Shown here: positions 10,498-21,779 of the stretch, in pieces
Layout of the letters: each line of letters begins with the position of its first letter
How positions within the stretch are numbered: position 1 is the stretch's first letter
Source: Octopus bimaculoides
Taxonomy: Eukaryota
Length of the DNA: 34,023 nt
Assembly (NCBI RefSeq): GCF_001194135.2
Contig: NC_069006.1
Coordinates: 24,174,647-24,208,669 of the forward strand
Direction of reading: 5' to 3'
Translations under genes and position numbers: made by a program
The notes under the pieces: model-generated
Databases searched by the model: none
What the model was told of the DNA's origin: nothing
The model's input: the letters and a program-made list of their open reading frames with translations, nothing else

Positions 10498-10844
10498 AAA
10501 AAAACACAAGGTTGAAGAAGAAAAGAAAACAAACATATTTTTGTTAATGAAGCAATTAAAGTGCTTTTTGCTCTCGGCTACAACATAACTGCAAATTGGG
10601 GTTTGTCACTTCTAACAAACACAAAAACCAGTCTAAGAAACGGCTCACACCTAGAATATGACTTAACCCTTGATACCACCGAGTATGTTTTTAGCGGCTA
10701 CGATTTCGTTCGACTAAAAACTCGGAAAAACGAACAAGGAGGTGGCCCTGTGGTCTTGTGTTGATAGCTCAAAATAACGATGTTTCTACCAATTAGCAAA
10801 CCGCTCACTTTCTGTTTACCAGGGGTATTATTATAGATGTGAAG

Positions 10845-11008
10845 AAGGGGGCGAACTGGCAGAAACGTTAGCACGCCAGGCGAAATACTTAGTAGCATTT
10901 CGTCCATCCTTATGTTCTGAGTTCAAATTTCACCGAGGTCGACTTTGCCTTTTATCCTTTCGGGGTGAGTTAAATATGTACCAGTTACACACTGGGATCG
11001 ATCTAATC
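10845..11008 (+). mobile_element. SINE family B copy (tRNA-derived head)
   Basis: gaactggcagaaacgttagcacgccaggcgaaatac...ttctgagttcaaatttcaccgaggtcgactttgcc...gtaccagttacacactggg. Contains a B-box-like GTTCAAAT. Confidence 0.85.
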
Positions 11009-11200
11009 GTTGTGTCCTGAAGCAAAATATTTTATTTCATTTTGCTCCAGTTCATTTTGCTGTACATGGGTAGAATAAGTACCAGACAAAAAAATAGATT
11101 TCAGTACTGAGGTGGGTGTGCTCGACGAGAAATCTTTCTTCGGAGCATTGCTCCAGCAGGACAACAGGCCAATGACTGAAGCAAGTAGAAAGATGGTGAA
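11009..11200 (+). mobile_element. Degenerate SINE family C fragment
   Basis: ttgtgtcctgaagcaaaatattttatttcattttgctccagttca matches the reverse complement of 20879-20935. Confidence 0.5.
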
Positions 11201-11228
11201 AAGTTATCTGTGATTAGTTAACATTAAG

Positions 11229-11234
<6 letters not shown>

Positions 11235-11295
<61 letters not shown>
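11235..11295 (+). repeat. (AG)n microsatellite running into a gap
   Basis: Directly visible. Confidence 0.95.
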
Positions 11296-12141
11296 NNNNN
11301 NNNNNNNNNNNNNNNNNNNNNNNNNNNNNNNNNNNNNNNNNNNNNNNNNNNNNNNNNNNNNNNNNNNNNNNNNNNNNNNNNNNNNNNNNNNNNNNNNNNN
11401 NNNNNNNNNNNNNNNNNNNNNNNNNNNNNNNNNNNNNNNNNNNNNNNNNNNNNNNNNNNNNNNNNNNNNNNNNNNNNNNNNNNNNNNNNNNNNNNNNNNN
11501 NNNNNNNNNNNNNNNNNNNNNNNNNNNNNNNNNNNNNNNNNNNNNNNNNNNNNNNNNNNNNNNNNNNNNNNNNNNNNNNNNNNNNNNNNNNNNNNNNNNN
11601 NNNNNNNNNNNNNNNNNNNNNNNNNNNNNNNNNNNNNNNNNNNNNNNNNNNNNNNNNNNNNNNNNNNNNNNGAGGAGAGAGGCAGAGAGAGAAAGGGAAA
11701 GGGAGGGAAGGAGAGGAAAAGAGGGGGAGGGGGAGGGAGAGATTTGTTTAAAAATTTAAAAGCTTCTTAAGCGTTATTCGCTTCGAGTGTGAGGGTTAAG
11801 TGGGTGAAAAGTTTGGTGGAAGATTCTTAGAAGCGAAGATCAAATACGTCAGCGAATACATATAAAGAAACAACAACAACAACAACAACAGCAAGCTAAA
11901 AAGAAGGAAAGAAAAAAAAGGAAACAATATTAATTGGTTATTAATGTTATATTATCGTTATTAATGGTCTATTATTACTATAATTGATGCGCGATGTTTT
12001 TCCATAATAATAATAATATCGTAATAACATTAACAAGAACGAGAACAAACAGCAACAACAACAACAACAACAATAATAATAATAATAACAACAGCAACAG
12101 TAGCAACGACAACAACAACGGTAGTAATAATAATAATAATG

Positions 12142-12175
<34 letters not shown>

Positions 12176-12397
12176 TTTAAAATGACAATAATGCTTCTGC
12201 TGGTATCGTTGAACTTATAGTTGTTGTCGTTATTCTTATTGTTGTTCCCATCCTCCTCCTCCTCCTCCTCCTCCTCATCATCATCATCATCATCGTCATC
12301 ATCATCATCATCATCATCATCATTGTTGTTGTTATGTTTTTCTTTTTGCTTCAATTTTGTTTCCCTTTCTTGCCGAGTATCTTCCCGATACCAATTA

Positions 12398-12451
<54 letters not shown>

Positions 12452-14837
12452 CATCATCATCATCATCATTTTTGTTGTTGTTGCTATTGTTACTCCTATG
12501 GTCGCCAAGTAGAGAAGCCCGTCTCTCCAAGGTCGTTGCAAATGAAATCGCACAGCGAATCGCTCTCCTTCTTCTTCTTTCTTCCCTCCGCAGATGGAGA
12601 GAGATTTTAAAAGCTTTTCAACATCTCCATCACGTAGTTAATTCAGCTGCTGCAGAGAAGCAATCTTCCTAGTAATTAGTCGTTGGATTGCTTCTAATTA
12701 AATACTGAACATGGAGAGCACATCGTTAGGGGCAATCATGTAGACAGATACCGAAAGGACACAAACCCACAAGGCTTCTCGTCCTCTTCTCCTCAATGTC
12801 TTTTTGTTTCTTTTTCTTTTTTTATATATTTGTTTTTTTATTTGATCCTTTGCATATGTCCTTGAGGCCCTGTATAAGGTTTTTTGGACATCGACGGGGG
12901 TTTTGGTTGACTCTGAAAATTTTAAATCCTCACCTTACAGATTTACGGTAAGGCCGTCGCTAAGTCCCTGCAACTCCTGCAGTCACAGGGGGTCTCCACG
13001 GTTGAAGGGCCCCATTTTAAGATCAAAGTACGTAGATGAGTCATCTATTTATTTTGGCTAAGATGTTGAACAAGAATTAAACTATGTTTACTGAAAATTT
13101 CAAGAAATAAAATGGTGATATATTGTAACTGCAAAAGTTCTTGTAAAAATATTTCATTGTACCACGAACGTGTACCAGACTTTGTGGATTATCTATGATA
13201 TCTATTGAACACGAACTTAGCTCTCAGCCTCATTATTCTGAACTGATCAATGATATCACAAAATGAAAAGAGCACCGTATTTGTCTTTGAAAGTTGCCTG
13301 GATGATAAAAATGCTTTTTTAAATTCATGTCTGGAAGTTTTACTTATTGAAATTTGTAATAGACTGAAATAAATTTGACTTGTAGTTTTAAAGACGTTCT
13401 TTAGGATAACGTGAAATATTGAATTTCAGATAGAACAAAGTAAAATATAGCTATGAATAGAAGGTGCATAGATTATGAATTTTGATTGAAGGGATGGGGC
13501 CTCAAAACAAAAAGTTGCAGGGGGCCTCTAAAAGACAAAAGATAAAGGAAATTAAATTAAACACCCGTACAGTGAATCAGTGTGTTAATTAGTCCAGATT
13601 CTGAGATGTTCCGGATCATTTATTGTCCATAACATCGGTGTTTTACCTGTATTTCTGTTTCCATATTACAAGCACCTTTCAATTGTTTATTCTTTATTTT
13701 GTTTTTCAGCTACATATTGAAGGTCCGCAGTAAATGAGCCACTTCTAATCGAATAAAGACCCGCAGTAAATGATCCGCTCACATCAAACAATAACCAAGC
13801 TGTTTCTAGTGCAAATCTCTTGCAAAACAGATTTTACGATTTCTCCTCATCATTTTGCGGTTCAGTTATTTTCCATGCGAGTCTTACATTTTATAGTCAA
13901 TGCTCCCCCTCTCTCTGCTTACCTTTCACTCTCTCCCTCTCTCGCCCTCTCCTGCTCTCTTCTCTCTCCTTCACATGCTCAATGGAATTTCTTCCTCTTT
14001 ATACAAGTTCTCTATTTATTTCATCCTATCTCCTGGGATGAGATTTCCGTAAACTCTAGCCTCTCGTTCTGGGACGCATCTAACACATTGCTACTGCTGC
14101 TACTGTTGTTGCTGCTGCTGCTTGCAGTTTCTGACAAATTACTTTCGTTTTACGACATTGTCTTCGCAGAAAGAAACGCTTGCACCAATTCCTCTTGCTA
14201 AACCTTCTTTTCAATTGATTTCTCTCTGCCAAACCGTTCGGAAAAACTAGAGATCGTTGGTCGTTTTCTCTGCTGTTTGCGCTGTTTATGATCCGTAACA
14301 TAGTAAATCGGCAAATAGATCGATTCGATCTGAGAAACCAAACCAATAAAAGAATTCGGGTAATGGAATCGTGGTGCCATTCCTCAATAGAAATGCAGGT
14401 GCGCGTGCGTGCATATGTATATATATNNNNNNNNNNNNNNNNNNNNNNNNNNNNNNNNNNNNNNNNNNNNNNNNNNNNNNNNNNNNNNNNNNNNNNNNNN
14501 NNNNNNNNNNNNNNNNNNNNNNNNNNNNNNNNNNNNNNNNNNNNNNNNNNNNNNNNNNNNNNNNNNNNNNNNNNNNNNNNNNNNNNNNNNNNNNNNNNNN
14601 NNNNNNNNNNNNNNNNNNNNNNNNNNNNNNNNNNNNNNNNNNNNNNNNNNNNNNNNNNNTATATATATATATATGTGCATATATGTATGCATGTATGTAC
14701 GTACGTACCTATGTATATGTGTATATATGTATGTATGCACGTATGTGTGTATATATGTATATATGTGTGTGTGTGCGTATGCATGCATGTTTGCATGAAC
14801 GTACGTGCGTGTGTATATATGTATATATGTATGCACG

Positions 14838-14877
<40 letters not shown>

Positions 14878-15467
14878 GGTACGTATGCATGTATATATGT
14901 ATGTGTACGTGCGTGTGTGTATATTTGTAGATATGTGTGACATATATCTGTGTGTGTATGTGTGTGTGTGTGTGTGTGTGTTTGTGTGTGTGTGCGTGCG
15001 TGCGTATGTGTGTGAGCTTTTGCCTGAGTGCGTTTGTGTCGACGCCGTACGTTATATTGCAATGACAGAAGACTTGCTTTTAGGTTAATTAGTAGCAAGT
15101 TGTATTAATTATTATGTTGCGGTCGACAACAAAGTAGTTGGGCGATCTCTTAATTACCTGGCAAATCATTAAGACTAATAACAAACAGTGAAATAATTAA
15201 TAACATTTTGACATTGTTATTTTTGTTGTTGTCGTTGTTGTTGTTGGTAGTGATATTATTGTTTGTTATAGAACTCGTTGTTGTTATTGTTTTGTGGTGG
15301 TGGTGGTGGTCATGACAGACTGAGAGATAGATAGATAGATAACTTTCTTTATTGGCCACACAGGGGCTGAACACAGAGGGGACAAATACAAATGTAAAGC
15401 TTTTCTTTTCGAAAATGAAAAAAAAAAGGGTAAAAATAAGAAGGAAAGTAAGATTCCGATCAAAAGG

Positions 15468-15579
15468 GATCGTGTGTCACAGAAGATCGTGTATCACAGA
15501 AGATCGTGTGTCACAGAAGATCGTGTGTCACAGAAGATCGTGTGTCACAGAAGATCGTGTGTCACAGAAGATCGTGTGT
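15468..15579 (+). repeat. 17-bp minisatellite (gatcgtgtgtcacagaa)n
   Basis: About 6.6 near-identical units (one g>a variant) running into the 15580-16308 gap. No spacers, so not a CRISPR array. Confidence 0.95.
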
Positions 15580-16611
15580 NNNNNNNNNNNNNNNNNNNNN
15601 NNNNNNNNNNNNNNNNNNNNNNNNNNNNNNNNNNNNNNNNNNNNNNNNNNNNNNNNNNNNNNNNNNNNNNNNNNNNNNNNNNNNNNNNNNNNNNNNNNNN
15701 NNNNNNNNNNNNNNNNNNNNNNNNNNNNNNNNNNNNNNNNNNNNNNNNNNNNNNNNNNNNNNNNNNNNNNNNNNNNNNNNNNNNNNNNNNNNNNNNNNNN
15801 NNNNNNNNNNNNNNNNNNNNNNNNNNNNNNNNNNNNNNNNNNNNNNNNNNNNNNNNNNNNNNNNNNNNNNNNNNNNNNNNNNNNNNNNNNNNNNNNNNNN
15901 NNNNNNNNNNNNNNNNNNNNNNNNNNNNNNNNNNNNNNNNNNNNNNNNNNNNNNNNNNNNNNNNNNNNNNNNNNNNNNNNNNNNNNNNNNNNNNNNNNNN
16001 NNNNNNNNNNNNNNNNNNNNNNNNNNNNNNNNNNNNNNNNNNNNNNNNNNNNNNNNNNNNNNNNNNNNNNNNNNNNNNNNNNNNNNNNNNNNNNNNNNNN
16101 NNNNNNNNNNNNNNNNNNNNNNNNNNNNNNNNNNNNNNNNNNNNNNNNNNNNNNNNNNNNNNNNNNNNNNNNNNNNNNNNNNNNNNNNNNNNNNNNNNNN
16201 NNNNNNNNNNNNNNNNNNNNNNNNNNNNNNNNNNNNNNNNNNNNNNNNNNNNNNNNNNNNNNNNNNNNNNNNNNNNNNNNNNNNNNNNNNNNNNNNNNNN
16301 NNNNNNNNACCATTGCTTGTCTTCGTGATTCTGACCCTGCTTGGCTAAATTTCTACACGAAGCAGCAACAGATGCATTTATAAATTTGTCTTTAAACATT
16401 GAATGGTTGGGGGGGGGGGGCTGCCAAAATGAAACAGTAATCAAAGGGCGCTAATTGTGCAAAATAATTCCAGGGTTAATGATACAGTCATGCTTGCTCA
16501 TATAATAAATACAAATCAGGTAATTTAATTGTTAATCCAATTTTGATAATTAAGAAACCCCTCGATCGAAACCATGCCTATGCCTGTTATTAGGTACTAT
16601 GTGACTTTCAG

Positions 16612-16723
16612 GAGGGATATTTGGCTGTTGTTTCTAGCATGCTGAATGGCGACGTTATTGCAGCTGTAGGTGTCGTTAATGTTGTGAAAGAAGACAGAAA
16701 GATCTTGAAAGATAAGTGGTATT
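16612..16723 (+). CDS. Candidate internal exon of an unidentified gene
   Basis: Acceptor tatgtgactttcag|GAG and donor TATT|gtgagt. The 112 nt are open in phase 0: EGYLAVVSSMLNGDVIAAVGVVNVVKEDRKILKDKWY. Complex non-repeat sequence, but no family recognised. Confidence 0.45.
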
Positions 16724-16800
16724 GTGAGTGTGTGTACGTGTGTGTGTGTGTGTGTGTGTATACACACACACACAGACAGAGAAATACGTGTGAGTATGTA

Positions 16801-16846
<46 letters not shown>

Positions 16847-16851
16847 CATAC

Positions 16852-16888
<37 letters not shown>

Positions 16889-17653
16889 NNNNNNNNNNNN
16901 NNNNNNNNNNNNNNNNNNNNNNNNNNNNNNNNNNNNNNNNNNNNNNNNNNNNNNNNNNNNNNNNNNNNNNNNNNNNNNNNNNNNNNNNNNNNNNNNNNNN
17001 NNNNNNNNNNNNNNNNNNNNNNNNNNNNNNNNNNNNNNNNNNNNNNNNNNNNNNNNNNNNNNNNNNNNNNNNNNNNNNNNNNNNNNNNNNNNNNNNNNNN
17101 NNNNNNNNNNNNNNNNNNNNNNNNNNNNNNNNNNNNNNNNNNNNNNNNNNNNNNNNNNNNNNNNNNNNNNNNNNNNNNNNNNNNNNNNNNNNNNNNNNNN
17201 NNNNNNNNNNNNNNNNNNNNNNNNNNNNNNNNNNNNNNNNNNNNNNNNNNNNNNNNNNNNNNNNNNNNNNNNNNNNNNNNNNNNNNNNNNNNNNNNNNNN
17301 NNNNNNNNNNNNNNNNNNNNNNNNNNNNNNNNNNNNNNNNNNNNNNNNNNNNNNNNNNNNNNNNNNNNNNNNNNNNNNNNNNNNNNNNNNNNNNNNNNNN
17401 NNNNNNNNNNNNNNNNNNNNNNNNNNNNNNNNNNNNNNNNNNNNNNNNNNNNNNNNNNNNNNNNNNNNNNNNNNNNNNNNNNNNNNNNNNNNNNNNNNNN
17501 NNNNNNNNNNNNNNNNNNNNNNNNNNNNNNNNNNNNNNNNNNNNNNNNNNNNNNNNNNNNNNNNNNNNNNNNNNNNNNNNNNNNNNNNNNNNGGTGCTGG
17601 TGCTGGTGGTGGTGGTGGCGGCGGCGGTGGTTACCGCAATACCAACAACAGTT

Positions 17654-17696
<43 letters not shown>

Positions 17697-18269
17697 TGAT
17701 GATGATAGTGGTGATGAGGTTGATGATGATCATAATGATGATCATGATGATGATGAGGAGGATCATGATGGTGATTGTGATGATGATGATGAAGGTGATG
17801 ATGATTGTGATGATGATGATAAATAGATATGAGTTTTAATTAATTGCTTCCAGGTTTCTCTCCTCTGTCAATCTCACTTGCACGCAAATACACGTGTGTG
17901 TGTGTGTGTGTGTGTCTATCTATATTTACATATGTATGTGCGTATATATGTTGACAGGGCAATATACATACATATATGTATATACATATTTACATACACC
18001 TGCACAGACACGCACATATATATGTATAGAACGGATAAGAGAAGTAATGTGATAAGGTAGATGCATATTCCATACGTTTACAATTGTTTCATGATCTTGT
18101 TAGTTATATAATAGACGTTACATCAGTATTGACCCACAGCTCCGTCCAACTCACAACTTCCTCCAGAAACAGTCCTCTGACGAAGGCTGCACTCCTAATT
18201 CAGTAAGAGCCATTTAATATGTATGTGTGCGTGCGTGTGTGTGTGTGCGCGCACATATGCATACATACA

Positions 18270-18307
<38 letters not shown>

Positions 18308-18334
18308 CATACACACACATACAAACATACAACA

Positions 18335-18490
18335 AGTTTCTTTTAGTTTCCTTCTACCAAATCCACTCACAAGCCTTCGGTCAGTCCAAAAAAATATAGT
18401 AGAAGACACTTGGTCAGGGTGCCACACAGTGGGATTGAACCCAGAACAATGTGTTTGGGAAGCAAACTTCTTACCACAGACACGGCTACG
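18335..18490 (-). mobile_element. SINE family A copy
   Basis: Reverse complement of the family A head and core. Confidence 0.8.
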
Positions 18491-18849
18491 CGTGTTGCTT
18501 TTTTTAAAAAAAAAAAACATTTTATGCTTTTAAATGTTTGCTGAGACCGACGTAAAGTCGGATAAATCGACTGAAGTCGAGGTTCATTTTTACCATTAGC
18601 ACACACACGCACATACACACTCGTACGCACACACACACACACACACACATACACACACACACTCATAAAGTCGAAAAAAAAACAGAGTAACTCAAAACGC
18701 TGTAAACTGAGGTATGCCTGTACTACTTCGTGAGGAAAGCAATTTTAAATGTAATGGAAGAGGTTGTAACGGAGCAACGGCTATGAATGTAGACAATAAT
18801 GCAAGAATAATTAGAGAAATTGCTAATTACAGAACATACAGGATTGTTT

Positions 18850-19035
18850 ACAGGTTTATTGGTGCCACCAGAAACCAAACAGGTTATGTACCATTCTGAT
18901 TATAGGCTTTACTTAATTCTATGATCCAGCAGAACAGTTAAGACAACGCATGGAATGATTGCGCAAGAACAATGCCACGCAAGTAATTTACGACGGCAAT
19001 ATAGAAATATATTTGAACACAAGTCCATTCATCTG
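18850..19035 (+). mobile_element. Possible Helitron Rep/helicase remnant
   Basis: TGLLVPPE then, after a frameshift, FYDPAEQLRQRME...SPF. This loosely matches the Helitron motif 'GSLLPPE...AQLYFYD...L..RM...NP'. Weak and degenerate. Confidence 0.3.
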
Positions 19036-19265
19036 TGATGTCTGCTGGATATATTTGCTTCCCTACAGTCTTATTTATCGCTACAACAACTAATTGATAC
19101 TGGAAACATTCCAGCAAATGTAGAAATAGGTTTACGCGGTGGTTTAACGGTAAACATTCCGAAAGATATAACTTACACCAGTTTGCAATGAACTTCGCGA
19201 TGCTAATAACCAAGTTTTTCTTTTTTCTTCAACAAAATTAGTTTTAATTACATAAGGATGCCTTG

Positions 19266-19408
19266 AGCATGGCTGTGTGGTAAGAAACTTGCTTCTCATC
19301 CACATGGTTCCGGGTTCAGTCCCACTGCGTGGAACCTTGGGGGACTGATTTGTCGACCAAAGCTTTGTGAGTGGATTTTGGAGACGGAAACTGAAAGAAC
19401 CCATCGTA
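19266..19408 (+). mobile_element. SINE family A copy
   Basis: ggctgtgtggtaagaaacttgcttct...ccacatggttccgggttcagtcccactgcgtgg...gtgagtggattttggagacggaaactgaaaga. The tRNA-like head has a B-box-like ggttcagtccc. Confidence 0.85.
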
Positions 19409-19560
19409 TGTATATATATATATATATATATATATGATACAAATATATATGTATATATATAGATGCATCTCCGGGTACAGGACGTCAAAAAAGGAACAAA
19501 AACATAAAGCACAAAGAAATGGACTTTTTTACGGACCACAGAATGAATACATACATATAT

Positions 19561-19712
19561 ACGAAGGGCTTTTTTCAGTTTCCATCTGCAAAATCCACTC
19601 ACAAGGTCGGCCCAAGGCTATAGTAAAAGACACTTGCCCATGGTGCCACACAGTGGGACTGAACCCGGAACTATGTGGTTAGGAAGCAAGCATCTTACCA
19701 CACAGCCACTCC
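19561..19712 (-). mobile_element. SINE family A copy, inverted relative to 19266-19408
   Basis: Reverse complement of the family A head and core. Confidence 0.85.
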
Positions 19713-20030
19713 AATAATCTGTTGGTATTTCATATTTATTTTCCAGACAATTAAATCTGAAAATTAAAGTTAAAATATAATGAATGTGAAAAACAATTTG
19801 TTTGCGTGTGTGTGTCTATTATTGTTATTTTTTTAATTCTGTTAATTTAATTTCAATATTCAGTTTTCTGACAAGTATTTAATTTAAAAAATTTAAAAAA
19901 ATATTTAATCTGTCGTCCGTTGATTTATGTCGAATATTCTAAAAGCTTAACAAATGTTCAACATTTAGAAAATTTTTATTTAATAGAAATTTTGTGATTG
20001 TTAAATTAAAATCATATCTGCAAAATTAAA

Positions 20031-20330
20031 TTAAATGTTGTTGTTATTATAGCTGCTGCTGCTGCTGTTGTTGTTGTTGTTGTTTGCCGTACATGTTACA
20101 TCATTAGTCGCGCCGGCGCCGGTGGTGGTGGCTGTAGTAATGTTGTTGTTGTTGGGGGCGGCGGCGGTGGCGCCGGTGGTGGTGGCGCCGGTGAAGTCGG
20201 GGCGTGGTGGCGGTGGCGACGGCAGCGGCCGTGATGATATCTGTTGTGATATTTTTATCCGGTGCATTTCGGGTAATTTCAACCGGGAAAACCTCCCATC
20301 ATGCACCTCTAGAATGACCAGAAACATCCC
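20031..20330 (-). CDS. Candidate terminal exon with low-complexity tail, product unknown
   Basis: Minus acceptor tattatttatttcag|GGG. Phase-0 frame GMFLVILEVHDGRFSRLKLPEMHRIKISQQISSRPLPSPPPPRPDFTGATTT...NNNNI* (TAA at 20031). It sits in a GC-rich island; no homology recognised. Confidence 0.25.
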   Translation of the reverse strand, partial: GMFLVILEVHDGRFSRLKLPEMHRIKISQQISSRPLPSPPPPRPDFTGATTTGATAAAPNNNNITTATTTGAGATNDVTCTANNNNNNSSSSSYNNNNI

Positions 20331-20768
20331 CTGAAATAAATAATACCCCTTACCCTCCTTCGATTCATTTTTAAGGCTTTCTTTTCGTATTCCTGTATTT
20401 TTTTTTTCTTTGTGCTTTGGGGTTTGTTTTTTTTTAATCTTGGAAACCACTTCTAATTGATGCCTGATTATAGTAGGTCGCTGCTTGATTGAATATGTCC
20501 CTGACGGAAAATAGATTGGATGCTTCTGTTATTTACTTATTTTTTTTATGATTGCAGAGGAATGGTTGCAGTTATCCTATGTATCAAGTTACCTCATAAA
20601 TAACGTCCGAAATATCATATATGTGATTTGTATCAAATTTTAACAGTATTCTAAAATGTCAAGTGATATTTATTGATACTCATATGAATTTGGAAACCTT
20701 TAACTTAACGTGATTTCTTTTTACAGAATAATCTGAATTAATTAATTACTAATATTAACCCCTCAAAG

Positions 20769-20870
20769 ATGGACGTATCGAAGGAGCATTTAAGACACAT
20801 GATGCTTTATGAGTTCGAAAAGGGAAATGGTGCAGCAACAGCGACCCGAAATATCCATTCTGTTTATTGT
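20769..20870 (+). mobile_element. Mariner transposase N-terminal fragment (truncated)
   Basis: Reads MDVSKEHLRHMMLYEFEKGNGAATATRNIHSVY, matching the mariner N-terminal HTH start 'EHxRHxxLYEFxxGxxAxxAxRNIxxVYG'. The frame runs into a SINE fragment and stops at 20889-20891. Confidence 0.8.
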
Positions 20871-20878
20871 TACACATT

Positions 20879-20990
20879 TACAGTTGAGTGAACTGGAGCA
20901 ACGTGAGATTAAGTGTCTTGCTCAAGAACACAATGTACCGCGCGGTTTGGGAATAGAACCCACGATCTAGCGATCGTCAGTGCGACACCA
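20879..20990 (-). mobile_element. SINE family C fragment (tRNA-derived head)
   Basis: The minus strand reads gatcgctagatcgtgggttctattccc...ttgtgttcttgagcaagacacttaatctcacgttgctccagttcactcaactg, a tRNA B-box-like head followed by a SINE core. Confidence 0.6.
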
Positions 20991-21632
20991 TTTTGTCTCC
21001 TGCTGCACTGCCTTTGTTGCTCACTATGTCCTCCGTTTCATCTTCTACCTCAATCGCCTTTTTTTTTCTTTTCTTTCTTCATCTGTTTTCTTTCCTTGTT
21101 TGTTTCTTTGTGAGAGAATATCTGATTAATCATACTCTTTCTCAAAACAATTATATATGTGTGTGTGTATATATATGTGTGTATGTATATGTGTATACAT
21201 AGAAAGAGAGAAAGAAGGAGAGAGGGAGAGAGAAAGAAAGAGAGAAGGAGAGACAGATAGATAGATAGATGATAGATAAATATAGATAGAAAATACATAC
21301 ATATATATACACACACACACACACATATACACAAACACACGCGCACAACCACACACACAGGCAATGGCCTAGCCGATCACAGCAACACAAGTCATTGTCT
21401 TCAAGGAACATCTAGCTTCTTTCCTAGAAGATGCCAGGTCATCGCACTTTGCTTACCAAGCTTTATTTAATTCACAGCCTTCTCACCATCACAATACTCT
21501 ATACGTACATAACATCATGCGTGTGTGTGTGTGTGTGTGTGTGTGTGAGTGTATGTTAGTGTTTGAGTCTTTGTCACGTCTTTTTTCTACGGAGTGAAAA
21601 TGAATATATCTGTATGTGTGTATATATAGGTG

Positions 21633-21672
<40 letters not shown>

Positions 21673-21700
21673 AATAAATAGATATTGCTGTACTTCTGTC

Positions 21701-21701
21701 A

Positions 21702-21768
<67 letters not shown>
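21701..21768 (+). repeat. (ATT)n microsatellite
   Basis: Directly visible. Confidence 0.95.
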
Positions 21769-21770
<2 letters not shown>

Positions 21771-21779
21771 ATAATAATA

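Noticed and set aside
10561-10764. ORF ending ...FSGYDFVRLKTRKNEQGGGPVVLC resembling a LINE APE endonuclease motif
   Set aside because: Only a loose 'GY...R....GGG' match with no flanking APE motifs, and it overlaps a piggyBac-like terminus.
13710-13780. Strong plus-strand acceptor (tttattttgtttttcag) with a duplicated ccgcagtaaatga
   Set aside because: All three frames stop within 10 codons and the donors are weak. It could be a UTR or terminal exon but cannot be supported.
15468-15579. CRISPR-like array
   Set aside because: Contiguous 17-bp units with no unique spacers, no cas genes and a eukaryotic context.
18160-18195. gaaacagtc...ctgacga as a hammerhead ribozyme
   Set aside because: Core-like words are present but stems I and III have no room to form.
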